Shown: positions 33,897-44,730 of the stretch, piece by piece | How positions within the stretch are numbered: the stretch's first letter is position 1 | Layout of the letters: each line of letters opens with the position of its first letter | Assembly (NCBI GenBank): GCA_963758935.1 | Contig: CAVWXD010000002.1 | Span: 82,461-146,460 of the forward strand | From: an uncultured Methanomicrobiales archaeon | GTDB taxonomy: Archaea; Halobacteriota; Methanomicrobia; Methanomicrobiales; Methanospirillaceae | Length of the DNA: 64,000 nucleotides | Reading direction: 5' to 3' | Position numbers and translations under genes: made by a program | The notes under the pieces: generated by a model | What the model was told of the DNA's origin: nothing | What the model saw: only the letters and a program-made list of their open reading frames with translations | The model's database searches: none

Positions 33897-36206
33897 CTAC
33901 AGCTCACCCCGGATGCAATACACCCGGTACTCCCCATTCGCGATTCTGACACCATGGATGTCATGCGCAAACCCGGGGAACCGGTTGTCAAAATTCTGCA
34001 GGGCGAGCAGGTACCGGAGGACCGGTCCATCCGACTTCCCCGTCCATTCTCCCGGGAGGAGCAGCGGGATTCCCGGGGGATAGGGGACGACCCCTGTCGC
34101 CACCGTCCGGTCTCCCATCTCAGCGACCGGCACCTCTTCAACATTACCCTTCACGAGGTGACGGTACGCATCGGCAAACGTCATGCGGGGTTCCGGCAGC
34201 AGGGAGAATGCCCGTTCGAGAAGGATCCCCTGCTGGTTCTCCCGCATGAACGCGTGCATCTCCGCAACAAGGCCCTTAATAGTCATCCCCCTGTACCGGT
34301 CAGGATACTGTTTCACCAGATCGGGGAGGGTCTCTTCGAGCGGGGAATTGCCGTCATAGTGGCGCTTGAATTCGAAGAGCTCGGACAGGAGCGTTCCCCA
34401 CTTCCCCCGGGTGATGCCCATCGAGAAGAGGAACAGGAGGGTGTAATCGCCATTTTTCTCGCTGATGATCCCCCGCGTCTCGAGGAATTTTGCCACGATC
34501 GAGGCCGGTATCCCCCACGTTTCGAGGGAACCATCCGGAGCAACGCCGGGCGTCAGGACCGTGACCCTGATCGGGTCGAGCATGCAGTAACCATCTTCAA
34601 GGCCGTCGAACCCATGCCATGCATCGCCCGGGTGCAGGACCCATGATGAGGGTTCGTCCCGCAGCAGGTCATGGCGGGCGTCAGCGAAGGGGACGGTCTT
34701 TCCGGTCCGGGGGTCGTGGACCGTGTCCGGCTGCCATATACCAAACCACCAGTCTCTCTTTCCTTTTCCCTGCACGATCTCCCGGGCGGTCTTTGCCATG
34801 ATCTTCCGGAACCGGATCGCCTCGTCGATGCATTCGGTGGTCAGGTTTATGCCCGACTGCCCGTCCATCATTTTTGAGGATACATCGAGCGATGCTATGA
34901 CCGGGTAGAGCGGGGATGTCGAGGTGTGCATCATGAACGCCTCGTTAAACCGCCCGTGCTCGAATGGCGACCGGCCGGTCCTCACGTGGACCATGGATGC
35001 CTGCGAGAGGGCGGCGAGGAGTTTGTGGGTCGACTGCGTGGCAAAGACCGTCGGCCCCGCCAGTTTTTTCGTGTCCTCCCTCATGGCGAAACGACCGCGG
35101 TAGAGCGGGTTGAACCGGGCAAACGCAAACCACGCCTCATCGAACAGGATCCTTCCGGTACTGTTCCCGAGCAGCTCTTCCACCCTGGCTGCATCGTAAC
35201 AGAGACCGTCGTAGGTGGAGTTGGTGACAACAGCGAGCGCCGGTTCCTTCGTATTTCCCGTCCGGGTCAGCGGGCAACCTGCAATCTTTCCCGCCACCGT
35301 TGCCGGCTGCATCTCGTCCGGGTGGATCGGGCCGATAATCCCGTACCGGTTCCGGGTCGGGAGAAGGAAGACGGGAAGGGTATGGGTCATCGTCACGGCA
35401 TGCTCAATCGACTTGTGACAGTTCCGGTCGACAAGGACAATCTCCCCGTCCGTGACGGTCCCGGAGAAGACGATCTTGTTTGCCGTGGACGTGCCGTTGG
35501 TCACAAAATACGTCCGGTCCGCTCCGAACACCGTTGCGGCGTACTTTTCCGCATCGCCGACGGGACCCGAATGGTCGAGCAGCGATCCCAGTTCGGTCAC
35601 CGAGATGGAGAGATCGGACCTGAACAACTGTTCGCCGAAGAAATCGTAGAATATCCGGCCCGGCGGGGATTTCCGGAACGCGGTCCCTCCCGTGTGGCCG
35701 GGGGTGTGCCAGGAGTGTTCGAAATCCTTTGAGAACGTAACCAGCGGGCCGAAGAATGGCGGGAGGAGACTGTCCCGGTACCGTTTCGCTGCCGCCGTGA
35801 CCCGCCCGGCAACGGACTCCGGCGCATCTTCCATGACCCAGACGTACTCGGTTGCTTCGCGGATCATATCGATAGTAAGGGCCGCCGGCGATTCTTTTCC
35901 CGGTTCGCCCATGAGAAAAACCGGGATGTCCTCGTTCAGCGACCGGATATCGTGGATGAGGGCAGCGGTCGCTTTGTGGCGCTCCTGCGTATCGCCGCCG
36001 AGGTCCCAGCTGATGATAATACAGTCAGTTTCGGGAAGGCTCGCGAGCACGGTCCGGGCATCGTCGTTCGATCCGATCTCCTCGATCCGGGTGCCGGACT
36101 CCTGCAGTGCCACGATGATCCGGCGGATCGCGTTCCCTGCCGGTGTGCCGGTCGTATGGGTGTCATCGACCAGAGCTACGGTCAGGATCTCTTCAGGGTT
36201 TGGCAC
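33897..36206 (-). CDS. PLP-dependent Orn/Lys/Arg decarboxylase with N-terminal wing domain
   Basis: WHTPGH, NGTSTAN, DRNCHKS, NSTYDG, DEAW, STHKLL (PLP Lys), HTSTSP.Y, PYPPGIP. Confidence 0.93.
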   Translation of the reverse strand: MPNPEEILTVALVDDTHTTGTPAGNAIRRIIVALQESGTRIEEIGSNDDARTVLASLPETDCIIISWDLGGDTQERHKATAALIHDIRSLNEDIPVFLMGEPGKESPAALTIDMIREATEYVWVMEDAPESVAGRVTAAAKRYRDSLLPPFFGPLVTFSKDFEHSWHTPGHTGGTAFRKSPPGRIFYDFFGEQLFRSDLSISVTELGSLLDHSGPVGDAEKYAATVFGADRTYFVTNGTSTANKIVFSGTVTDGEIVLVDRNCHKSIEHAVTMTHTLPVFLLPTRNRYGIIGPIHPDEMQPATVAGKIAGCPLTRTGNTKEPALAVVTNSTYDGLCYDAARVEELLGNSTGRILFDEAWFAFARFNPLYRGRFAMREDTKKLAGPTVFATQSTHKLLAALSQASMVHVRTGRSPFEHGRFNEAFMMHTSTSPLYPVIASLDVSSKMMDGQSGINLTTECIDEAIRFRKIMAKTAREIVQGKGKRDWWFGIWQPDTVHDPRTGKTVPFADARHDLLRDEPSSWVLHPGDAWHGFDGLEDGYCMLDPIRVTVLTPGVAPDGSLETWGIPASIVAKFLETRGIISEKNGDYTLLFLFSMGITRGKWGTLLSELFEFKRHYDGNSPLEETLPDLVKQYPDRYRGMTIKGLVAEMHAFMRENQQGILLERAFSLLPEPRMTFADAYRHLVKGNVEEVPVAEMGDRTVATGVVPYPPGIPLLLPGEWTGKSDGPVLRYLLALQNFDNRFPGFAHDIHGVRIANGEYRVYCIRGEL

Positions 36207-36580
36207 AAGACTTTACCTCATGGATTTGCGGGAACTCCAACTCATAAAGGCGTGAATTCTTTCGAAGGGACGATATTTTCCTTCCGCTCCGAAGTCCCCG
36301 CCCGATCTGATTTTCCTCGGGAAGGAAGGGTTGACGGGCATTGGGTGCCCGTTTTCTTAATACTATCGGGTTGGAAGGATCCAAAAACCTGAACACGATT
36401 ACCGCTTTGTGACTGCGGAAGCCACCGGCAGGACTGTTGATTACTGCATTTTTGTGGATTTATTTCCCGCCACGAGGTTGTGCCGGGCTAAAAAAGGAAA
36501 TTTTTGGAGGTTGAAACACACATGAACCCTGCATGTTCACACCCGAACCATGAAAATCAGTGAATACTTTTTCAACCGTA

Positions 36581-36660
36581 TTGATCCCGCTGCGGGGCGC
36601 CCTTTTTGGTCGGCGGGCGTTCATCGCAATCGGGGGTATGGGGGTTTCAACCCCCATAAT
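36581..36660. repeat. Repeat family A, copy 4 (inverted)
   Basis: GATCCCGCTGCGGGGCGCCC...GGCGGGCGTTCATCGC..GGGGGTATGGGGGTTTCAACCCCCATAAT. Confidence 0.82.
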
Positions 36661-36784
36661 TCGATTCATTATGGTTGCCGATTTTCATAAAAAAATCTTT
36701 TTTTTCGAAGAGGCGATGCCCAGTGCGATACACTCCGCTGCCCTCTGGCAGGAGTGCTCCGCAGCGGATCAATGACTTTTAAAA

Positions 36785-36984
36785 TGCTTCGTAGAAATCA
36801 TTTTTTTTAGAAGAGATGATGCCCCCCTCTTGCGCCACCAGTCCCCCACGGGGGACGGGGACGGGGCGCAGCGCGATGACGGAGCCAGATAAGCAGGCAA
36901 CACCTTGTATCTCCAATGAGGGGCCTCAGTGGCGGGGTAAAAGCCCCAGACAGCGTCAGCGATTATGAGGTTTTCTACAGGGCA
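36785..36984. mobile_element. 200-bp MITE with IS5-element-like terminal inverted repeats
   Basis: Ends TGCTTCGTAGAAATCAT ... GAGGTTTTCTACAGGGCA; internal part shared with 41462-41564. Confidence 0.78.
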
Positions 36985-37009
36985 AATAAAAACAAAAAAT
37001 AACGGAAAA

Positions 37010-37060
37010 CCAACGGTGCCCCGCCGTGCCCCGAAAGAGGCCCGGAGGCGGGTAATCATC
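37010..37060. repeat. Repeat family D, copy 2
   Basis: CCAACGGTGCCCCGCCGTGCCCCGAAAGAGGCCCGGAGGCGGG. Confidence 0.75.
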
Positions 37061-37149
37061 CCAATCTCCCCATTCATTTTACCAGGTTTTCTTGATTTGG
37101 GTATGAACTCCTGTTCATGCCCGTTTCTACGGCTCAGAAAAATAGTGGA

Positions 37150-38169
37150 TCAGGTCGCGTCAGGTTCAGGCTCGCAGTATTCCTGCGAGACGATCTGTGC
37201 CCCGACAACGACCAAAGCAATGAGCACCGGGCCGACAATGAACCCGATGATTCCCATGAACGGCACTCCTGCAAAGATACCGATCATCATGATGATCGGG
37301 TGGACGGCAACCCTCTTTGCCATCATGAACGGCCGGTAGAAGAAATCGATCCACCCGCTCAGGAGCGGGTACCCGACAAAGAGCATGACGATCGCGCTCG
37401 TTGTATCCCCGATAGCGAAGAAGTAGAGGGCGAGGATAAGGATCATTATCTGGGCCCCGATGAGCGGGATAAGCATGGCAAACCCGATCAGGCTTGAGAA
37501 CAGGATGACATCTCCCTTGCCGAGGAAGTAGAAGAACGGGACCGCAAGGATAAACGAGATTATTGCCGCCGATATCTGCACGATGATCAGGGCATAAATG
37601 GTACTTTCGGAGATTTCCGACAACCTGCACACGGCATCCCGTAATCTCGGGGACGCTGCACAGGTAACCCGGCCCCAGATGGCTTCACCGTAAAAGAGCA
37701 GCATCGATAATGACAGGAAAAATATGAGTATCGAGAGCAGGGTCTGCATGGTGTTCCCGGTCAGGGAGATGATGGTCTTTATCACCAGGTTTTTCAGTGT
37801 CTCGTCGAAATTTACAATTTCCGTGCTGCTGAACGAGGGCATAAGACCGGCAAACGGCGTGTTTTTTAAACCGGATATCATTGAGAGGCCCATATCGCCG
37901 ATGTGCTCTTCGTTCGTGATCAGGAGACCTGCAGTCAGGGTTGTTACCCCAAGGATGATGAGCACCACGCTGAGGGTAAGGAGTGTCGCCGATACTGCCG
38001 GCTTCATCCTCTTGCAGAGGCGCTGGTGGATGGGGAGGAGCACGACCGCAATGGCGACCGCCCAGATAAATGACGTCATAAGTGGCCAGAATGCGATAAT
38101 CGCGATCACAAAAATCGCAGAGATGAGGAGGCCGAGCTTTACGTCATCTGTTATTACAGATGTGTCCAT
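37150..38169 (-). CDS. AI-2E (PerM) family transporter
   Basis: Multi-TM, LIPLIG, D.F.RP, VHP...IG..AG...G.IG..VGP. Confidence 0.88.
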   Translation of the reverse strand: MDTSVITDDVKLGLLISAIFVIAIIAFWPLMTSFIWAVAIAVVLLPIHQRLCKRMKPAVSATLLTLSVVLIILGVTTLTAGLLITNEEHIGDMGLSMISGLKNTPFAGLMPSFSSTEIVNFDETLKNLVIKTIISLTGNTMQTLLSILIFFLSLSMLLFYGEAIWGRVTCAASPRLRDAVCRLSEISESTIYALIIVQISAAIISFILAVPFFYFLGKGDVILFSSLIGFAMLIPLIGAQIMILILALYFFAIGDTTSAIVMLFVGYPLLSGWIDFFYRPFMMAKRVAVHPIIMMIGIFAGVPFMGIIGFIVGPVLIALVVVGAQIVSQEYCEPEPDAT

Positions 38170-38217
38170 GGGAGACAGGTTCGCGCCGGGGGATTATGAA
38201 GATTTTCCCGGCAGGTT

Positions 38218-40563
38218 TCATTTGCCGGCTTCCCTGAACCGCAGGGAAAATTCCGTTCCACCAACCCTGCTGACCTCTACGGTCGCCCTGAGCTGGTGTC
38301 TCGCGAGGAAGTTCACCAGCTTGAGGCCAAGGGACTGCGTGGTCTTGATATCGAAGTTTTCCGGGAGCCCGATGCCGTTGTCGCTGACCCGGAGAACATA
38401 CATCCCGTCTTCAAGTACAAGTGAGATGCGGATGGTACACGGCTCGTTCCTGGCCGCTTTGCAGTCGAACGTTTCGGGGAATGCGTACTTGAACGAATTG
38501 GTGATGAGTTCGTTCACGATCAGCCCGCAGGGTGTCGCCCGTGCGAGATCGAGAGAGACGCCCTGGGCATCAACGAGTGTCGAAACGGGGGAGTTGGGGT
38601 TATAGGTCGTTGCTATCTGCTCGATGAGGGTCCCGAGATACAGGTCCATGTCGACCCGGGAGAACATCTTCGTCCTGTACAGGGTCTCGTGGATCAGGGC
38701 CATGCTCCGGGCCCGGTTCTGGAGATCCTTCTTGAGCGCAATTCCTGCTGGCGACTCCTCGTAGGAGTTCTCGAGGCTGAGCAGCGAGATGAACGCCGTC
38801 AGGTTATTCTTGACCCGGTGGTGGATCTCGGAGAGGAGCACCTCTTCCTCGAGGGCAAGCCGGAGCTGCTTCTCGTTCTCCCGCAGTTCATGCTCGCTCC
38901 GGGTGAGCTCGTGGACATTGAGCCGCAGTTCTTTCTGGGCAGCAGTGAGGTCCTCGTATGCAGCGTGAAGATCGGCGTTCCGGTGGGCAAGTTCCTCTTC
39001 GGCCCGTTTGCGTTTGGTGATGTCGAGACTGAATACGAGGAGCCCGGTGATCGATCCCGTATCGTCACGAAGGGGGATTTTATCGGTCTGGACCAGATCT
39101 TCCCGCCACCGGCAACAGTGAGCTGCTCGACAATCCCATATCTCGGCGCACCGGAGCGTATCACATCAAGGTCGTCCCGGTAATACTGCCCGCTTTCTTC
39201 CGGGAAAAGCTCCGACGCATTTTTTCCTTCGAATGATTCGGCAGGGATGCCGGTGTTCGTAGCGACCGCCGCATTGACCCGGATGAAATTGTTCCGGGTG
39301 TCCTTGTACCAGATCATCGCCGGCATAGTGTCGAGAATGATCTTGCGGTCCTGGTTGAGAGCCGCAATCGCTTCGTCTGCCTTTTTCCGCTCCGAGATGT
39401 CCCGGATGACGACCTGCACTGCTGGTTTCCCGTCCCAGAGGACCGGCCGCTCGTCACTTCTGCCGGGATTAATTTTCCCCCGGATATGATCCGGACTTCT
39501 TTAAGAGGAACTGTATTGCCGGTTTTTCAGGACCGCGGCTCTCCTCTGGTCCGATTCGGCCCAGTCGCCCGGATGGAGATAATCGTGGAAGCTTTTCCCT
39601 GTCAGCTCATCAATCACCGAAACGCCGGCCATCTGGAGAACGGCTTTGTTTGCGTAGAGGATCTTCTCATCCCGTAAAACGACAATAGCGTCAGGAGAGA
39701 GATCGATCAAGGCCCGGTACTTCTTCTCGCTCTCGTTCAATTCCCGGTAGAGAAGGTTGTAGGGTTTCTCCTGGCCGACTTCGATGATCGCCCGGTAAAA
39801 GAAATAGTATGCCCCAAGCCTGAGGACGTGGCCGAGTACGCTGAAGATATCGACAAAGCTCGCGTATTCGGTGAACGCGAGCTCGGAAAGGACCAGGAGA
39901 ATGATTGCGATGATGAGATTATCCAGCACCTGCCGGTCGAATGATTCCCGGTTCTGGTAAAGGAGCACCATTGCCCCGATCATCATGAAGGAGATGATGT
40001 ACTCGCTGAAGATCTTGAACGGGGTGAGACCGGTTCCTTCGATATAGGTTGCGGGGAAATTCCTGAACAGGAAGATCGACGCGACGATGATGATGTCTGC
40101 CGCGAGATAGACGATTGCAATGACGTCGATCCGGGTCTTCTTCCGGATCAGCAGCGGGGCTGCGAGGAGGGTCACTGCCTGCATGTACCGGGCGGCGATC
40201 CAGAGCCGGGTCGAGAGCGTCCCGCCTCCTTCCGGGAAGATGCCGACCCCCTGGTAGACGGTCGTGTGGAGAAAATCGAGGATCGCGATGAAGACAAACG
40301 TGATCCCGATGAAGAGGAGATAGTTGTTCTCTACGATATGCCGGGACTTCCAGACGAGGAGGAAGATCGCGACGGCGACAGCGATGGTCGCAAACTCAAT
40401 CGCGGTATGGAAGAGGGCGAAATTGTACCTGCTCACTTCGTACAGGAAGGCGACGACGAGAATGAGGAGGATTGCCGGGATGACGTTCTGCCGGAGGCAC
40501 CCGCACGCTGAGCGGAAAACGGTACGGGTGCAAGGGTCTGTTCCGGTGACGGAGGGGTATCAT
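38218..40563 (-). CDS. MASE3-PAS-PAS-HisKA_2 histidine kinase (several frameshifts)
   Basis: N-terminal NFALFHTAIE...LDFLH...LWIAAR (MASE3-like); EIHHRVKNN; NELITNSFKYAF; DNGIG. Confidence 0.85.
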
Positions 40564-40669
40564 CGGGTGGTGACGTCATATATCATGGACCGGGATATGA
40601 AAACACTATAGCAGGCGGATAACGGATATGTGTTGCGGTTTTCCCTTTTTTCTCTGCCGGTCTGGGATT

Positions 40670-40750
40670 AATTCCTGTCAGATATCCTGCCGCCCTTCTC
40701 ACCGGGAAATTCCTGCCCGGATACCCTGCCGCCCTTCTCACCGAAAGTTC
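40670..40750. repeat. ~39-bp imperfect tandem duplication
   Basis: CCTGCCGCCCTTCTCACCG at 40686-40704 and 40725-40743, each preceded by AATTCCTG..GATA. Confidence 0.8.
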
Positions 40751-40904
40751 TGGCCGGTCACTTTTGGTTTCAGGCCTTGTTCCTGCCCGGTCCATCCAAC
40801 GGTTATGCCTGAGGTGGGCGCACAAAATAAATACCGGGGTGCTGTAATCCAGATGTATTGTGACTGCTCTGCCCGGCAGAATCCCGCGCGAACCCTCCGG
40901 ATGG

Positions 40905-41411
40905 ATGATCCTGTACCAGGCCGTGCCCTATCTTCTTCTTTTTGCCGGGATCATCGCCGGGATCGTCCTGGAAACGATCATCTTTGGCTCTCCCTCGCGG
41001 TGGATCGGCCATGCGGTCACCGGTACCTCGGGGCTCGTCCTGCTGGCGCTCGTCATCGTAACGGGGATGATCCGGAGTGGCAGGATTTCGTCGCTGCACG
41101 TCCGGAACGTTCACTTCCTGCATAAAATTGCAAGTGTCGCTTTTTCAGGAGTCGCCGTCGGGACCTTCAGCCTTGGTTTACTGCTCATGGCCAGCCATGG
41201 CGAGCCGCTCCTGACGACGACCCATGGCTGGGTCGGGATGACCGTCGCGGCGTTAAGCACGATCCAGCTGCTGCCCAGCCTCTTCGTCAGCCGGCGACAA
41301 TCCATCCGGAAGTTCCACATGGTTGTCGGTTTTTTAATCGTGCCCCTGTTCCTGCTCCAGGTGATTCTCGGCATCGATGCCGCTGAATTGTTCGAGGGTG
41401 GGATTGACTAA
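40905..41411 (+). CDS. Membrane protein, DUF4079/cytochrome b561-like
   Basis: ~5 TM helices with spaced His residues (GH, LHK, THGW.G, FH...G). Confidence 0.65.
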   Translation: MILYQAVPYLLLFAGIIAGIVLETIIFGSPSRWIGHAVTGTSGLVLLALVIVTGMIRSGRISSLHVRNVHFLHKIASVAFSGVAVGTFSLGLLLMASHGEPLLTTTHGWVGMTVAALSTIQLLPSLFVSRRQSIRKFHMVVGFLIVPLFLLQVILGIDAAELFEGGID

Positions 41412-41461
41412 ACGGGGCGGGTGTTGAAAAACCGGGTCGGGCTGGATCCGGGATGCTTTTT

Positions 41462-41564
41462 TGTTCTGTAGAAAACCATCGCACTGCGCCCCGTCCCCCA
41501 CGGGGGACTGGTGGCGCAAGAGGGGGCACCGACTCTTCCTAAAAAAAATGATTTCTACGGAGCC
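41462..41564. mobile_element. 103-bp MITE with IS5-element-like ends
   Basis: TGTTCTGTAGAAAACC ... ATGATTTCTACGGAGCC; flanks TGCTTTTT / TGGTTTTT (7/8, TSD-like). Confidence 0.78.
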
Positions 41565-41582
41565 TGGTTTTTTCCATTTCCG

Positions 41583-42572
41583 CTAAAAGAGTAACAATAT
41601 TTCTGCTCTGTAGAAAACCTCAACGATGAGAAATTGTAAGAACCTGTGAATGTTACAGACAATCATTTTGTTAGCGATTTCTTTCATCTGAATCAGGAAT
41701 CTTCTTGCTTTGAGATCGCCGTTGAACTTTCTTTTCAGGACAGAGAATTTATTTTCCACGAGTTGTCGTCTTGGATAAATAATGTCATTGAACTGACGAG
41801 CCATTTCCTGACGGTAAGTACCCCCGATAATCTCATTATTCCAGGAGCGGATAGGGATAACCGAATTGGCATGAAGGTCTTCCCGGATCAATCGATGAAT
41901 TGCTTCAGAATCGTATCCTTTGTCCATGACGTAACAATCAGACTTCCGGATTTTGTGACATTGTCGGAGTAATTTCTCGGCATGCCGGGTATCATGGACC
42001 CGGCTGTTCGAGGCAACAAATCCGGTAATCACCTGTTGATCGGTATCAACTGAGATCGAAGTTTTCAGGAAATGTTTTCGGATTTTACCGGTTCTTTCTG
42101 AGAAATAATGGCTGCAGTACCCGCTCGTAAATCCGGAAGAATCGATAGCGGTTATGGGAATATTTTCATCGGAAGAGTAGAACAGGTTCACCGTTTTTCT
42201 GAAGGTGAACCGAAGATAGAGAGATTTTATCCGACAGAGAAATTTCTGGAGCGTTGTGAAATGGGGTACTTCGGAGAGATCAAGGATCTCCTGAACTCTC
42301 TCCATATCTCCGACATCTTCGATGAATTCCCGGTAGTGCTGGTTACGGAAATCTTTGAACAAAATCAGGACGAGCAGTTGATGTTGGGTGTAGATTTTCT
42401 TTGAAAATTTACAGGAATACGGTTTGAGATGAGTTGACTTTACAACAGAAATGGCTGCTTGGATAAACCTGATATTCCGGCTCGCTGATTTCTTAATTGT
42501 CTCCTTTCTCTTTGACGCACACATCAAGAGTAAGGAGACACTGTACCTTAAATCTTTCGGTCGTCGGTACAA
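41583..42572 (-). CDS. IS5-family DDE transposase
   Basis: PHFTTLQKF, AIDSSGF, DKGYDSE, R..VE..FS.LKR; uninterrupted ORF whose stop lies just outside the TIR. Confidence 0.92.
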   Translation of the reverse strand: MYRRPKDLRYSVSLLLMCASKRKETIKKSASRNIRFIQAAISVVKSTHLKPYSCKFSKKIYTQHQLLVLILFKDFRNQHYREFIEDVGDMERVQEILDLSEVPHFTTLQKFLCRIKSLYLRFTFRKTVNLFYSSDENIPITAIDSSGFTSGYCSHYFSERTGKIRKHFLKTSISVDTDQQVITGFVASNSRVHDTRHAEKLLRQCHKIRKSDCYVMDKGYDSEAIHRLIREDLHANSVIPIRSWNNEIIGGTYRQEMARQFNDIIYPRRQLVENKFSVLKRKFNGDLKARRFLIQMKEIANKMIVCNIHRFLQFLIVEVFYRAEILLLF

Positions 42573-42602
42573 TCTCTTTTAGATTAGGATTTCTACAGAG
42601 CA
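41604..42602 (-). mobile_element. Complete IS5-family insertion sequence (999 bp, 8-bp TSD)
   Basis: 17-bp TIRs TGCTCTGTAGAAAACCT / TGCTCTGTAGAAATCCT; perfect TSD AATATTTC at 41596-41603 and 42603-42610; lower GC than flanks. Confidence 0.93.
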
Positions 42603-42634
42603 AATATTTCCTAAAAAAGGGTCCCTGCCCGGTC

Positions 42635-44730
42635 TTACGCGGATTTGGACAACCGGATCTTATCGCTGAACCGGATAATGTATTCCGTCCCCTTCGCTGT
42701 GTCGATCTCGATCTTTGCCCGGAGCTGGTGCCGGGCGAGGAAGTTCACCAGCTTTAAGCCCAGCGACGTTGCCTTCTTCGGGTCAAACTCCGGGGGAATC
42801 CCGACACCGTTATCCCCGACCCGGAGCGTGTACATGCCCTCGTCAAGGGCGAGAGAGACACGGAGCGTGCAGGGCTCTTTCCGGGCCGCTTCGCAGTCAA
42901 ACGAATCGGGGAATGCATACTTGAACGTGTTCGTGATAAGCTCGTTGACGATCAGGCCCGTCGGGGTCGCACGGGAGAGATCGAGGCTGATGCCTTTTGC
43001 ATCGACGAGGATGTGGACAGATTTCCCCGTCTGGTACGTCCCGGCGATCTGCTCGATGAGCGTTGTCAGGTACACGTCCATATCGACGCTCGAAAACTTC
43101 CTCGTTTTATACAGGGTCTCGTGGATGAGCGCCATGCTCCGGGCACGGTTCTGGAGATCGGTCTTCAGCCGTTGCCCGACCGGTGACTCTTCGTACGTAC
43201 CGTCGAGAGCGAGCAGGGATATGAATGCTGCAAGGTTGTTCTTGACCCGGTGGTGGACCTCCGACAGGAGCGCTTCTTTCTCTTCGAGCGACGCGGTGAG
43301 CCGTGCTTCATTTTCCCGCAGCTCTTCGCCTATAACCGTAAGTTCTTCGTTCGCCGCGTTGACGTCGTCGCTCCGCTGGCTGAGCTCATCGCTGGCGCGC
43401 TTGATATCGGTGATATCCACGCTGAAGACAAGCAGGCCGGTGATTGCCCCCAGTTCATTCCGTAACGGGATTTTTTCCGTCCTGACCCAGAGCTTTCCGC
43501 CTGCTGCAGTCGGCATCTGCTGGATGATGTTGAACTTTGGCCTGCCGGAGGTGATGACCTCGAGATCATCCATAAAATAGTCTTTTGCCTCCTCCGGGAA
43601 GAGATCGTACGCGCTTTTTCCTTCGATTTCATTCGCGGGGGCACCGAAGATCCGTTCGACCGATGGGTTGACCCGGATGATGTTGTTTTTCGTATCTTTG
43701 TACCAGATCATGGCTGGCACATTGTCAATAAGGGCCTTGCGTTCCTCGCTGAGGCGAAGTATTGCCTCTTCTGCCCTGCGGCGATCGGTGATATCCCGGA
43801 TTATCGAGAAGACGATGGGTTCTGCTTCCATCTGCAGGCTGAAGGAATTGACCTCGACCGGGATTTCGGACCCGTCTTTTTTGCGGTGAACTGACTCAAA
43901 GAGGATTCCCGTCTCGTCGGCTTTCTGGATCTGCTGTTCGACCCGTTTTTTTGGTTCAGTGGGGCGAAGGTCAAAGATCGTCATCCCGAGGAGCTCGTCG
44001 TGGGTATAGCCGTAGATCCCGGATGCCTTCTGGTTCGCCTCGATGATTTTCCCGTCGTGTTTCCGGATAAAGAGGATGATGTCCCGGGCGTTTTCCGTAA
44101 ATGACCGGAAGACCTTCAGCCGGTTCTTCCCCCATTTTTTGAGCGGAAATGTCGATGATTGCGATACGGGCCCGCGGCTCCTCCGTTCCCGTGATCTTCC
44201 GGATCCCCTCAAACCGTGCCCAGAACGACTTCCCGTCATTTTTCCGGACTCTCAGCTCGACCGTTTCCTTCCCTGCATTCCACAGGACGGCAAGGAAAAA
44301 CCGTCCAGGTACTCACGATCTTCGGTCGCAATGAATTTCCTGAACCGGTCCTTGATCAAATCCTGCCGGTTAACCCCGAGAAGAGTGGCGCCGGTGAGGT
44401 TCCCCTCCTCGATAACGGCATTTTTTGACAGGGTGAGATACCCGACCGGGGCAAACTCGTACAGGTCGGCGTACCGTCCCGGGACTCTTCAAGGGAGAGC
44501 CGGGCATCACGGAGCGCCTCGTTCTGCATCTCCAGCTCGATCTGGTGGACCCGGGACTCGTGGATGAGCTTTTCCGGCGTGGGGGTTGTGCCGCGAGAGA
44601 CGTCTCCCTCGTCTGCCTTCCTTTCCGCCAGTGTCTTCTCAGCCAGCCGGCGGAAGACCGGGGGGGCGGAACCTGAAGATTCCTCACTCCCTTGTTTTCC
44701 GGCCCCATCCATCATAGGGTTCACCCCCAC
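42635..44730 (-). CDS. Multi-PAS HisKA_2 histidine kinase (frameshifts in 5' half)
   Basis: VHQIELEMQNE N-terminus typical of kinases following CheB/CheR fusions; PAS repeats; EVHHRVKNN; DNGVG. Confidence 0.85.

Noticed and set aside
40670-40750. Mini CRISPR array
   Set aside because: Only two 19-bp units, the intervening sequence is itself repeated, and there are no cas genes.
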